A DNA stretch of 58,431 bases, filler included, from Jimgerdemannia flammicorona (lineage: Eukaryota): assembly GCA_003990765.1 (NCBI GenBank). It is 3 parts of 3 records of this genome, joined end to end, with 100 filler letters (N's around TTAATTAATTAA, not from the genome) between each part and the next. Parts side by side here need not be neighbours in the genome. Positions count along the whole stretch, not along the records: positions 39,026 to 58,431 come from RBNJ01001947.1; 2 more parts are not named here. The stretch is one strand, 5' to 3'. The number at the start of each line of letters is the position of its first letter. The stretch's first letter is position 1. Positions 44,725-55,900 of this stretch are shown piece after piece. Under the pieces are notes generated by a model. The model was not told where the DNA came from and did no database searches. It was given only the letters and a program-made list of their open reading frames with translations. The position numbers and the translations under genes are program-made.

Positions 44725-47700
44725 ATGCTGTTCAAGCCGCGCCAAACCCTCGCGGCCTTGTCGCTGCTTATGCTGGCAAATTTAGCAACCGCCGACCTGC
44801 CAGATGCTTTCCAGAAGCTTGCAGAACGACCTTTGATGGAACTCTCGGAATCTTTTGAAGAGGACTGCACTACTACGCCTATACCCACTCCGATTAATGG
44901 CCTGGACTCCGCCACGTGCGTATGTACGTACAAGAACCCCGCCATCCCAATAGGCGGGACTTATGTCACTGTCACAGTGGTATTGGTGGACAGCAACGGC
45001 AACCCAACTGCCACTATTACGGGTACGGGGATGGCGGTCAACCCCATCGCAACCGGCGTGAACGTCGGCGGCACGGTGATGGTCACCTGGACGGACAGCA
45101 ACGGCAAACCAACTGGTACTGGTGTGGGCATTGTAGGCACCGGCATTGCAGCCACCGGCGTCGCGGGCACCGGCGTCGCGGGCACCGGCGTCGCAGCCAC
45201 CGGCGTCGCAGGCACTGGCGTCGCAGCCACCGGCGTCGCGGGCACCGGCGTCGCAGCCACCGGCGTCGCAGGCACTGGCGTCGCAGCCACCGGCGTCGCG
45301 GGCACTGGCGTTGCAGGCGTCGCGGGCACTGGCGTTGCAGGCGTCGCGGGCACTGGCGTTGCAGGCGTCGCAACCACTGCTGATTCAAATGCGGATACAG
45401 AAGAGACAGGCATCGCAGCTACCGACACAGGCGTCGAAGCCACCGGCACAGGCGTTGAAGCCACCGGCACAGGCGTCGTAGCCACTGGCACAGGTGTCGC
45501 AGCCACCGACACAGGTGTCGTAGCCACCGACACAGGTGTCGTAGCCACCGACACAGGTGTCGTAGCCACCGGCACAGGTGTCGTAGCCACTGCAACTGAC
45601 ACCACCGCCGCCACTGGCACCGCCACCGCCACCGCCACCGCTCCGGCCACCGCCTCAGGATTGAACTCCACCGCCAGGGCCACCTCCACCGCTACGGCCA
45701 CCGCTCCAGGATTGAACTCCACCACCACCGCCACCAACTTTACCTTCACCGCACCTAACTTCGCTGCTATCCTTCCGACGGACTATGGGCTTGTAACCGT
45801 GCCCACTCGTGTCAGCAACACAAGCTCGGAGTATATGAGTCTTCTTAACCACTCAATGTGGTTTTACGCGGCTCAGCAATCTGGTCATCTGGTCAATAAG
45901 CGTGTCTTTTGGTATGCAGCATTTGTGTTCGATTACTGATTTTTAAGATATCAGAGTTTGAAAGGTGATTGACTAGGTAACTAATGTTGATACGTATATT
46001 GTGCAGGCGAAATGATTCTTGCCTAACCGATGGCGCCGATTACAACATTGACCTTAGCGGGGTACGTTGGCATTAGCGACTCGACAAAGCGACATGCGTC
46101 ATTGTTTTTTCTTGCAATCCATCCATCGAACAATTGAATTACCTCTGAACATTGTTACCTTTTTTTTCTTCGTTATCCAGGGCTACTACGCTACGGGCAC
46201 TTACATGAAATACACTTTCACACTTTCATACTCGCTGAACATGCTATCTTGGGGAGCTGTCGAATACCTTGATGGTAACTGCAAGCATTAATTGGATTTC
46301 ACATGTACAATTGTGCAAAATCTGTAGTTTTAAGTCTTTCTGACTCTTTTTTTTTTTTTTTTTTTTTGACTTCCTATAAGGATATATATTGGCCGGTCAG
46401 GTCGACTATCTCCGGGAAACGGTGAAATGGGTAAGATACAGCTTGCTGAAACGTTGCGTAGACAAAGAGCGATTAATCTGAAATACTAACCCAATGCATC
46501 GGCAATCATTGACGTAGGGTACGGACTGGATAATCAAAGCGCATCCGAACCCGGAGACACTCTATGTGCAGGTAGGTTTTGGGACGATTGTCCTAAATTT
46601 CCATTGCAAACAATGCCGACAACTGATTCATGTTATTCTTGTCATTACCTAATGTAGGTCGGCGACTATACCATCGACCATAACTACTGGGGTATATTTC
46701 TGTTCCTTTTTGAACTCTTACCCATACACACAATATCGCATGTCATGCCAACCTCCTAACATCATCGTTTCCCTTTTCATAGGCCCAGACTACAGCGTCC
46801 CTCTCCCGCGTCCCTCCTTCGCCATCAACTCCACAAGACCGGGTACCGACGTCGCTGCCGAAGCTGCAGCAGCTATGGCATCCGCATCCGTCCTGTTCTC
46901 GACTCTGGGCAAGAACCAGACAAACGCGAACGACACCGCCTATGCGGCTGTTTTGCTGAAACATGCTGAAGAGCTGTGGAATTTCGCGGTGAACGCCAAG
47001 CCTTACACTCTATATCAAACTTCGGATACGGCCTTATTGGGGTCATTTTTGAGCACAGGTTTGTAGCTTCACTGTTTAGCTCTCTCCTATATGTGCTCTT
47101 GATTTTGCCTCCCCTCTCCCACGAGTTAATCGCTCGCTCTTACCTATCGTACCTTGACAATACTTTATATTACCAGGTTACGTCGACGAGCTCTTCTGGT
47201 CCTCCGTGCACCTGTATCGCGCCACCAAGAACACAACGTACCTGGACGCGGCGCGAACATTCTGCTCCAGTTTCAATCTTACATCGTCGAAGCGCGCCGT
47301 CAGCTGGGACTGGAAGGTCGGGGCCGCATACGTGCTGATAGCTGAGGTTACCAGTGGAGATGTCGTGACGGGCTTGCCTGCTACTAGCGATGCAGCCTAT
47401 TGGCAGGGTTTGGCTGAGCAGTACTTGGATTCGGTAACCAACATTACAGCTGACGGAGCATACTTGACTAAAGGCGGCTTGTTGTGGTTTAACGGTACTA
47501 GGTGAGTCGGCAGGAACGGTCTGTCTCTTCATTTTATTATCCACATTGACTATACTGTTCATTAACACTTACCTTGCCGTGCATTTTCCGCAGCGAATCC
47601 AACTCTATCAGCACGGCTACGACCCAATCCATGCTCCTTTTTATATATTCATCCTCTGTGTTGCGTCGTATCTCCGGCTCCTCGCAACAAGGTCCGGAGG

Positions 47701-49546
47701 CGATCCGAGCGGCACGTTACGAGACATTCGCGCAAGCGCAGCTCGATTACGTGTTCGGCAGGAATCCGATGGATACATTGTACATTATTGGCCAGCAGCG
47801 GAACTCGCCGCAGAACCCGCACCATGCCGGAGCCAGTGGCGGCTTCAATGCCAGTAATTTGGAAATTCCCAAGAATACGGCGTATGTGTTATACGGAGGT
47901 GAGTAGCTCAAAATATTGCCTAGAAGAATGCCCTGGCAGTGATCGATAATGACCGGGCATCTCTGATTCTGTTAGCATAATGGTCATATCTTAACTGGTT
48001 ACTTCGAATACTTCATTGAATCATAGCTGTTGTTGCCGGTCCGGACCGCTCGGATAGCTACACCGATGACCGCGCTGCTATATCCGAATCCGAAGTCGCG
48101 CTCATTTTCAACGCCCCCTTGCAATCGATATTTGCTCGCCAAGCCCTCTACAGCCCCTCAAATCCTTTCTACATCAACTCCGCGAACTCCGAATCGTCCT
48201 CGAGCACCAGTGGCCTCCCTACCTGGGGCTTAGCTCTCATCATAGTCATCGCGCTGCTTATCTTGGGCCTGCTTCTTCTTTGCTGCTGCCTGAATCGGGC
48301 CATCATCGCCGCGTTTTTCGATAGGGACGATGAGGATCAGGAGGGCATTGCGAATGAGGCTGCTGCGAATATGAATAACGCTTCGACTACGACTGTAGGT
48401 TCGACGACGGGTGTACCCGTACCTGGTGTTGGGATGCATAGAGAAATGACAGAGATCGGATTGCCAGAGGAGTTTGTAGTAGAGGAGATGGTCTTGGAGG
48501 ATGGCGCTGCCCCAGAACAGACTCAAATCGTAATGGATGAGGCCGTAGTTGGAGTGAGGACTGAGACCGAGATGATCATGATCGAGACGGATGACACCTC
48601 AGTGACAGCGCTTGGGAACCAACCTTCGTCCTCGTTCAGATCGGGCTCCGCCTTTGCAGGTGGCGCTGCTGCTGCTGCTGCTGCTGGCGCCGTCGCTGCT
48701 GCTGGAGCTGCTCAAACCCGTTCGGTTTACTCATCGCGATCCGGTACTGCCCTTGTCGGTGGCGCTGCGGCTGGAGCTGCTGCGGGTGCCGCTGCCTCTG
48801 AGTCACGTTCCGTTGGTAGTGCCACTGAAACACGTTCTACCATATCCCGAACAAGTACTGCCGTTGGTGGAGCCCTTGTGGGTGGCGCCCTTGTAGGTAG
48901 TGCGGGTGAGACACGTTCTACCATAACCCGGACAAGTACTAGCGACCTTGTCGGTGGTGCGGCTGAAACACGTACTACAATAACTCGGACAAGTACTTCC
49001 GTCGGTAGCGACCTTGTCGGTGGTGCGGCTGAAACACGTTCAACAATAACTCGGACAAGTACTTCCGTCGGTAGCGACCTTGTCGATGGTGCGGCTGAAA
49101 CACGTTCAACAATAACTCGGACAAGTACTTCCGTCGGTAGCGACCTTGTCGATGGTGCGGCTGAAACACGTTCTACCATAACCCGGACAAGTACCTCCGT
49201 CGGTGGCGCCCTAGTTGGTGGTGAGCCACGGTCCACCATATCCCGGACAAGTACCGCCGTTGGTAGCGTCCTTGGGGGTGGTGCGACTGAGACACGCTCT
49301 CGAACAAGTACCGGCTTTGGGTCCGCCCTTACCGGTAGTGCCGGTGAAACACGTTCGACCATATCGCGAACTAGTACCCTTATTGACGGTGGTGAGACTG
49401 ATACTGTGACTACTACTACTACCACGACCAAAACCATTACCAAATCTGACTCACCGCCCGTGTCCCAGACATCGGAGACAGTATTGGTGAAATCAAACAC
49501 GTTCACGAATACGAGGTCAGAGAGCTTCATCAACAGGCAATCATAG
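44725..49546 (+). CDS. 1299-aa type I membrane protein with GH9 (endoglucanase-fold) domain; exons 44725-45911, 46007-46061, 46181-46274, 46381-46430, 46518-46571, 46658-46691, 46783-47058, 47177-47501, 47594-47898, 48027-49546
   Basis: Ten exons with GT-AG introns total 3900 nt in frame. Signal peptide; T/G/V/A repeats; GH9 motifs FYAAQQSG, IDLSGGYY, KWGTDWIIKAHP, LYVQVGD..DHNYWG, PGTDVAAEAAAAMA, DELFW, QLDYVFGRNP, PQNPHH, GAVVAGPD, EVA; TM helix WGLALIIVIALLILGLLLLCCC; S/T/R-rich tail. Confidence 0.9.
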
Positions 49547-49855
49547 AAGTTGAATTAATGCGATGGATAAATAGAAATGGGAGCGTTACGTAGACTTCCC
49601 TTCCGCTTACCGTTATTTTGACAAGTCTGTGTTATACCTCCATTTATTTTATTTTATTTTTCACTAGTCTTTTCTCGAATGTCGTTGTGTTATTTAAATA
49701 AACATGAATGGCAATTATTTTACAAGCACATAAAAATGAGTCATTGTTATTATCTTGGGCCGTGCTCATCAACGAGAGGTGTCAAGTGACGGAGCAACGA
49801 CCTTGACAAACTGAACTAACGGATTAGAAAGTTGGAGCTACCTCTTAATCCTAAG

Positions 49856-50590
49856 ATGTCCGATATCACCATTTTCTTTGATATCGAGCTGAATCAGACG
49901 AACCCCGCCCTACCTCCTTCAACATTACCGAGAACTTCAGAGTTGCGAGCCTTACGAAGGAACAAGTTCAAGATCTATACTAGGGACTGTAACATAACCA
50001 TCGATCCTATAATTGTTGAGGACATTTTCACTATGTTGTACATGTCAGACTGTCAACAGCCATGCGGGTCTTGTTAGTAGTCTTGTGGCCGTGCAATCAA
50101 TGACCACCTCTGTGATGTCCGTTCAGGAGCGCTCAGTTTCGAAGAATGGCCTCCATATCACTGCAGGACAGTACCCCACGTTTCGGAGGATGATCGATAC
50201 CCTCAAAGCGGGATCTCCTTCGATCTTCATGGAAGTTTTCGAATGAACTGACTCAGCAAGCAAAAAGGACAAACTAGAAGATAAATACATTGACATAGTC
50301 ACCGACGAGTTCCAAGGGCCAACGGTGGTTGTAGAGCTTTGGCCAGGGGAGACTAACTTTATCAAGAATCACATTCACAAGACACTAGAATACAAAGAAC
50401 TTCTCTCTGCAGACGAGGACTGAATCATTCACTTCACTCTTGAAGATAATACTTCGACTACCCTGAACGTCCTTGCTGATCAGCCGAAAGAGAACGTTAA
50501 CACGGTGCACCTCCGGCACAATGTGAACTTTACGACGGTGTGGATGAGCGCTGGATGGATGTGAATGTATGGACAGAAGATTGACGATTA
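49856..50590 (+). pseudogene. Relic of a Crinkler-like protein C-terminal PD-(D/E)xK-type domain
   Basis: DKYIDIVTDEFQGPTVVVELWPGETNFIKNHIHKTLEYKELLSADED*IIHFTLED..VNTVHLRHNVNFTTVWMSAGW resembles, from memory, the C-terminus of an expanded Glomeromycotina/Mucoromycota family; in-frame stops present. Confidence 0.5.
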
Positions 50591-51026
50591 ACCGCTGACT
50601 ATTGGAGATGCCTGGAATTGACGAAAGTTTCTGGTTGTCAATCTGAATAGTTCATATTACAAGGTTTTCTTTGAGTCATTATTCGTTGGTAGCTTGATCA
50701 TTGAAGAGAGATGGCATAAATTGAGTTGATGATAAAGGAATCTAGTTTGTATATTATCAATATCTGAGGATTATACTTCTGGAACAATAGTAGTGAGTGA
50801 TACAATGAGACAGAAGCAGTGTATTTGGGAGTAGTTTTTTGATATCTGATAGATAATGTAATTTTAATAAAAGATATAAAATTAGAAAAATATACTTTAT
50901 ATAAATGGATACACTATATCCAAATACAATTTCTGATATATATACCTGATTGTCATATTCAAATATAATTTCTATCATTTCTAACCTTGTTGAGATGAGC
51001 AAGATAATACCTTTCTCCAGTACAAT

Positions 51027-51566
51027 TAGTGCTCCGAACAAGTCAATCTGGATGGGATTCGAATCCCATCCAGATGGATTTGAATCAACCATTGTTTTGA
51101 TTTCCAAATTAGACAATTAAATGTTTACATTAATAACTCGATGAATAATCATCCAAATTTGATGATCTTGGTGTCATTTGAAAGCCCTTAATAAGGCCTT
51201 TCTAATTATACCAAGAACATTAAAATCAGATTGCGCGTTGCCAAGATATTAAAAAAAAACGTTCTATTTGACAAAATTTCCAAAATCGGCAAATCAAATA
51301 ATTTCCAAAATTGGCAATTCAGACAGTTTCCTTCATAACGCAGCAATGTATGATCCGATTTCAATGTTCTTGGTATCATTAGATAGGCCCTATTAAGAGC
51401 TTTCAAATGACACTAAGATAATTAAATTTGGATGATTATTCATCGAGTTATTGATGTAAACATTTAATTGTCTAATTTGGAAATCTGATTTGAATCCATC
51501 TAGATGGGATTCAATCCAAATCAATCTGAATCCAATCTGGATTAAATTGACTCATTAGGAGCACTA
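51027..51566. mobile_element. hAT-type foldback MITE (540 bp)
   Basis: Perfect 8-bp TSD AGTACAAT (51019-51026, 51567-51574); TIRs TAGTGCTCC / GGAGCACTA; long inverted arms 51100-51240 vs 51340-51484. Confidence 0.92.
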
Positions 51567-51599
51567 AGTACAATTCATGTTATACAAATACCTTTTATT

Positions 51600-52750
51600 A
51601 TATTTTGTATAGTTTTTGGAGAAAATATACTAGAAATATAATAATGCTTAAGAGTTTTGATAGATATACTAGATTGGGTAGATCTGGGGTCTTTGGCTGA
51701 CAATATGTCAGAAGGGGCTATAGTATAGGAATGGGTTTTTTTTGGTAGTATGAGTGAGTAAGAAGAGTCTGGCAGGAGTTGGCTATCTAATAGAAGATAG
51801 TAAGTAGGAGTCAATAAGTTTTACTAATAAGATGAATGTAGGAGATTGACCTAAGAATACTCAGAGTAGTAAGTCTGGAGAGAGAAAAAAGATAAGTACT
51901 GGGAGGGTCAGAGAGTTACTGTCTAATAGAGTAAGTATAGAAGCTGATAGGGCTATTACTGGGAGCTTGGATATATATAACTACTAATAGCAGAGTTATG
52001 GTAGATCTGAAAAAAAATCTAGATAAAACTATAGATAGCAAGACTAAGTAGTTGGGGTATACTAGGAAGGAAGATCTGGTAGATAGTATAATGAGTCTAG
52101 TAGTAGCTCTATTACTTAAGAAATCAATCTTTAAATTTACTATCATATTGTACTTTTAGAGACTAGCAGTAATGACCAAGATAATCTTGGGGCTAATTAT
52201 GAGTCAGATGACTAAAGTAGTCTCAGTGAAGTTCCTATGTAGATTGGAGGAGGTTGAGGTAAAGTTTTAGAAGATGAAGCTATTAGAGGAGACTCTGAGA
52301 ACTAGATTAATGGTTAGAGAAGTAGTAGTGCTGATGACTTAATATCTAAGATAGAACTTAAGTATAGTTTAGCTTCTAATAAAAGTGATATCTATTGTGA
52401 TAGCTATTGAGATAAAAAAAAGAGTATAAGAGGCTATAATAGAGTATAGTAATATAGTAAATATTAGATTTTAGATCTAAAAGAAGATCTTATTCAGAAT
52501 TGAAAATATAGATGTCTAGCTTCAACTTGCTAAAAGAGAGACTACTGAGAATGCTAGAGACTTATCTTTAGTTCTAATATAAACTATCTTTACTTGTAAG
52601 ATAATAAGAGTAAAAGAAAGTAAGGAAAAGAAAGAGAACCTGCTAGAGACTCTGAAGGAACTCAGTGGGGTAGTAAAGTATAGAATAGTAGTATAGTAGA
52701 TATATATAGTATTAATATACTTAGAGATAGTAAATAGAAAGTAGATTTAT
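51600..52750 (+). mobile_element. Older, strongly G>A-mutated relic of a LINE ORF1 related to the downstream element (boundaries approximate)
   Basis: GATAGTATAATGAGTCTAGTAGTAGCTCTATTACTTAAGAAATCA (~52082-52126) aligns to GATGGGGTGATGGGTATAGTGTTAGCCCCATTACTCAAGAAGTCG (~53412-53456) and continues collinearly. Confidence 0.6.
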
Positions 52751-52989
52751 ATAGATAAGATAATATAAGAGAAGGCCCAAATATGTCTTTCTCTAGTAAC
52801 ATTCAGGTAATACAAACTTCAGATAATACTTCAAGTAATGTTTTTAGTAAAAAGGTACTATTAATATAGTAAGCAATGAGTATTCTGAAGAGCATATACA
52901 CCAGTAACATTCAGGTGATACAAGACTCAGACAATACTTTTTACTACATTTTTGGTGTCTGACGACTATTGACATGGATGGCAACAATC

Positions 52990-55900
52990 AAACTGGTGAG
53001 TGTACTGGCCAGGGGGGTGATAGTCTATTTGGCTGGCAGTAGGTAGAGAGGAGGGGAGATGGTCTGGAGATGCCGGGGGCCTTGATGGCTAGCCAAGGCC
53101 CTGGTGGTAGAGAGAGGGGTGGTCTGAGGCAGAGAGGAGGAGAGAGGTCAACCTTTGCTGACAAGGTCAGAATAGGGAAGATGGCCTTTAGTCTAGATGG
53201 TTGGCTGGGTCTGGGGAAGTCATCAACAGCTGCTGATAGGGGATAGGGAGGTATGCCCAGGGGAGTTTCCAATAGTAGGAGAGGAGCGGAAGTAGGAGAT
53301 AGAGATATGACTGTTAATGGGGCTGTGACTGGGGATCTGACAAAAAATCCAGATGTGATGGTGGTCAATATTTCAGGACAGGGGGTGGGCACAAGGCCTA
53401 GGGACCTGACAGATGGGGTGATGGGTATAGTGTTAGCCCCATTACTCAAGAAGTCGAGGTTGGAATTTATGGTCACAATGTGCTTCTGGGGCTTGGCAGT
53501 GATGGTGAGGATGATTTTGGGGCTGGTGGTACAGGAGACAAAGAGAGTAGCATCAGTGAAGTTTTTGAAGAGGAAGGAAGGGGTTAAGGTGGGGTTTGAG
53601 GAGGAAGATGCCTTGCTGGCAGCCTTGGAGAAGGGGGTGACAGTTGGTAGAGTTGTGGTCCCTATGGCCAGGTACTTACACTGGAACCCCTGAGTAGTAC
53701 AGTTGATAGTATTGGATCTCCCTATGGTGTTGAAGGAGAGGATCAGAGAGTTGGTTGTAGAGGTGATCAAGGAGTATAAAGAGATTGTGAATGTTGGGTT
53801 TAAGGTCTGGGAGAGTATAGTGCTTCGGACTGGTGATGTTGATGTCAGGGTGAGGCTGGCTGGGAAGGAGAATACGGGAAAGTCAAGGAACTGATCAGTG
53901 ATGTTGAGGTGGAGACTAGTGGAGTACAAGGTCATGAGGGTAAAGGAGACCCAGGAGGAGGAGGAAGACCTGTTGGAGGCTCTGGAGGATCTGGAAGGGG
54001 CCATTGTAAGGAGGAGATTGGCCTGGAAGGAATTTGAGGCCAGGACGGTAGTAGGAGAGATGGATGAGAAGAGGGTCTAGATGGAGAGGGGGGTCTGGGA
54101 GAAGATGTAGGGGAGGAAAATCCAGAAGGAGCTGCTGGCAAAGCTGGATGGGGGTAGAGCTAATAGAAGCTCAGGGGAGAGGGTTGCGGGATTACAGGAG
54201 AGTGCCTGGGCTGAGGGGGGTGAAAGGGTCCAGAGTGGGGCTCGGATTAGAGTAGAGGGGGGGAGGGAAGGCAATATGGAGGCAGATGTGGAAATGAGCG
54301 AAGGTGTATACCCTCAGTATAGTATCCCAGGTAGTGCTGAGGGGGAGGAGGAGCTGCTAGATGTACTGGATGAGGAGTGGGATGAGTCAGTGAGGAGGAG
54401 TATGCTGGTGGACCCTGAAGTAGATGGGGGACAAATCATTCAGAGTGTGGCAGAGGTGGTGGATAAGGAGAAGTGGATGTGGAAGACCCTGGAAGGGGTA
54501 GCAGCAGAAGAGCTGGGGGGAGAGGACTTCAGAGTTATAGAAGAGAGGTATTGGGAGGAGATCCTATAGGGGGAGGAGGTGCCAAGGAAGATGAGGAATG
54601 AGATCCTGACTGTTCTCCTGGAGTCAGTGGAATATCAAGTTGATGATCAGAGAGAAGAGGAACTTAGGAGGATTGTGAGTGACAGGGCATTATACTTGTG
54701 GAACTCAAGGAAGGGACTGGAGAAGTGGTGTATAGTCTGCGTGGACTACTGGTTGGAGATGGAGATAGTGGATGGGGTGGAATGTCAGGAAATCTTGGAA
54801 GCACTAGATGCTCAGGCTAATGCAGAGGGTGACTTGGAAGCTGAATGGTGCTTGGATCTGGCTGGGGATAAGATGAGTATGGAATACTAGGCTGGGGTCT
54901 CTATTGCAACATTCTTTTAATATAAACAGTACAACTAGGATATTCTCTTTGAATGTAAATGAGTTATGGAGGGCAGCTAAGAGGAAGTATATATTTGGAT
55001 AACTTAAAGGACTGGATGCAGACCTCTTCTTGTTACAGGATATTCGTTATGAGGCAGATGTGGATTTATAGGATTGGACTAAGGAATGGGGGGGGGTGGT
55101 GGTATAGAGGGGGAAAGTGGGTATTCTCATTCGGAAAGAGATGGGGGACATTGGGGACATTGGATATTGGGGATCTCAGGTGGTGTGGGGAGTGTGGAAG
55201 AGGCCTGGATGGGGCTCATTGACAGTTGGATCTTATTACTGCCCAGCTGAGAGAGGGGAGAGGGTGGATTGGATTCGCAGGTTGAAGGAGGCTGGTATCT
55301 TGGGAGAAATTGGGTTGGGGTGATTTCAACATAGTACAGGATGAGGAGATGGATAGAACAGATAGAGGGAGAGGCATACAGAGTGAGAGTGGTGGGTTGG
55401 GTGACTGGTTGGAGACAGAGAGATTGAGTTCTTTAGTGGACTTAGGAAGACAGTTTTGGAACAATCAGTGGGTGTACACTCACTGGGTGGCAGGGCTGGG
55501 CTCTAAAATTGACTGAGTTTTGACAGCGGAGTATTGGGGAGCAGACGTCTGGATGGCGCTGGAGGTAGTTTAGTATCTGTGGTCTGATCACTGGGGGCTG
55601 CTTAGAGGGGGGAGGTTTGGGGGAAGTGAGGATGGGCCTGGACATTGGCAGCTAAAATCTTCCTTGTTGGAGGATAGGGCTTTGTGGGAGGGTTGGGAGA
55701 TGGAGGTTGTAGAGAATATCAGAAGGTGGCAGGAATGGGGCCTGGGGATTGGGGACTGTTGGAGGAGACTGAAGGTAAATGCTCAGGGGTATTGGAGGGA
55801 AGTAGAGAAAGGAAGGTGTGCCCAGTGACAGTAGAGAGTGCTGTGGGCCTTGCGGCATCTGGTAGCACTCATGGGGAGATGGGCAGGTACACTAGAAGAT

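Noticed and set aside
44916..45749. Long alternative-frame and antisense ORFs over the GH9 repeats (also 48727-49533 minus)
   Set aside because: Shadow ORFs of GC-rich tandem repeats that lack stop codons.
52988..54004. 338-aa minus-strand ORF
   Set aside because: Antisense shadow of the purine-rich LINE ORF1; no recognisable motifs.
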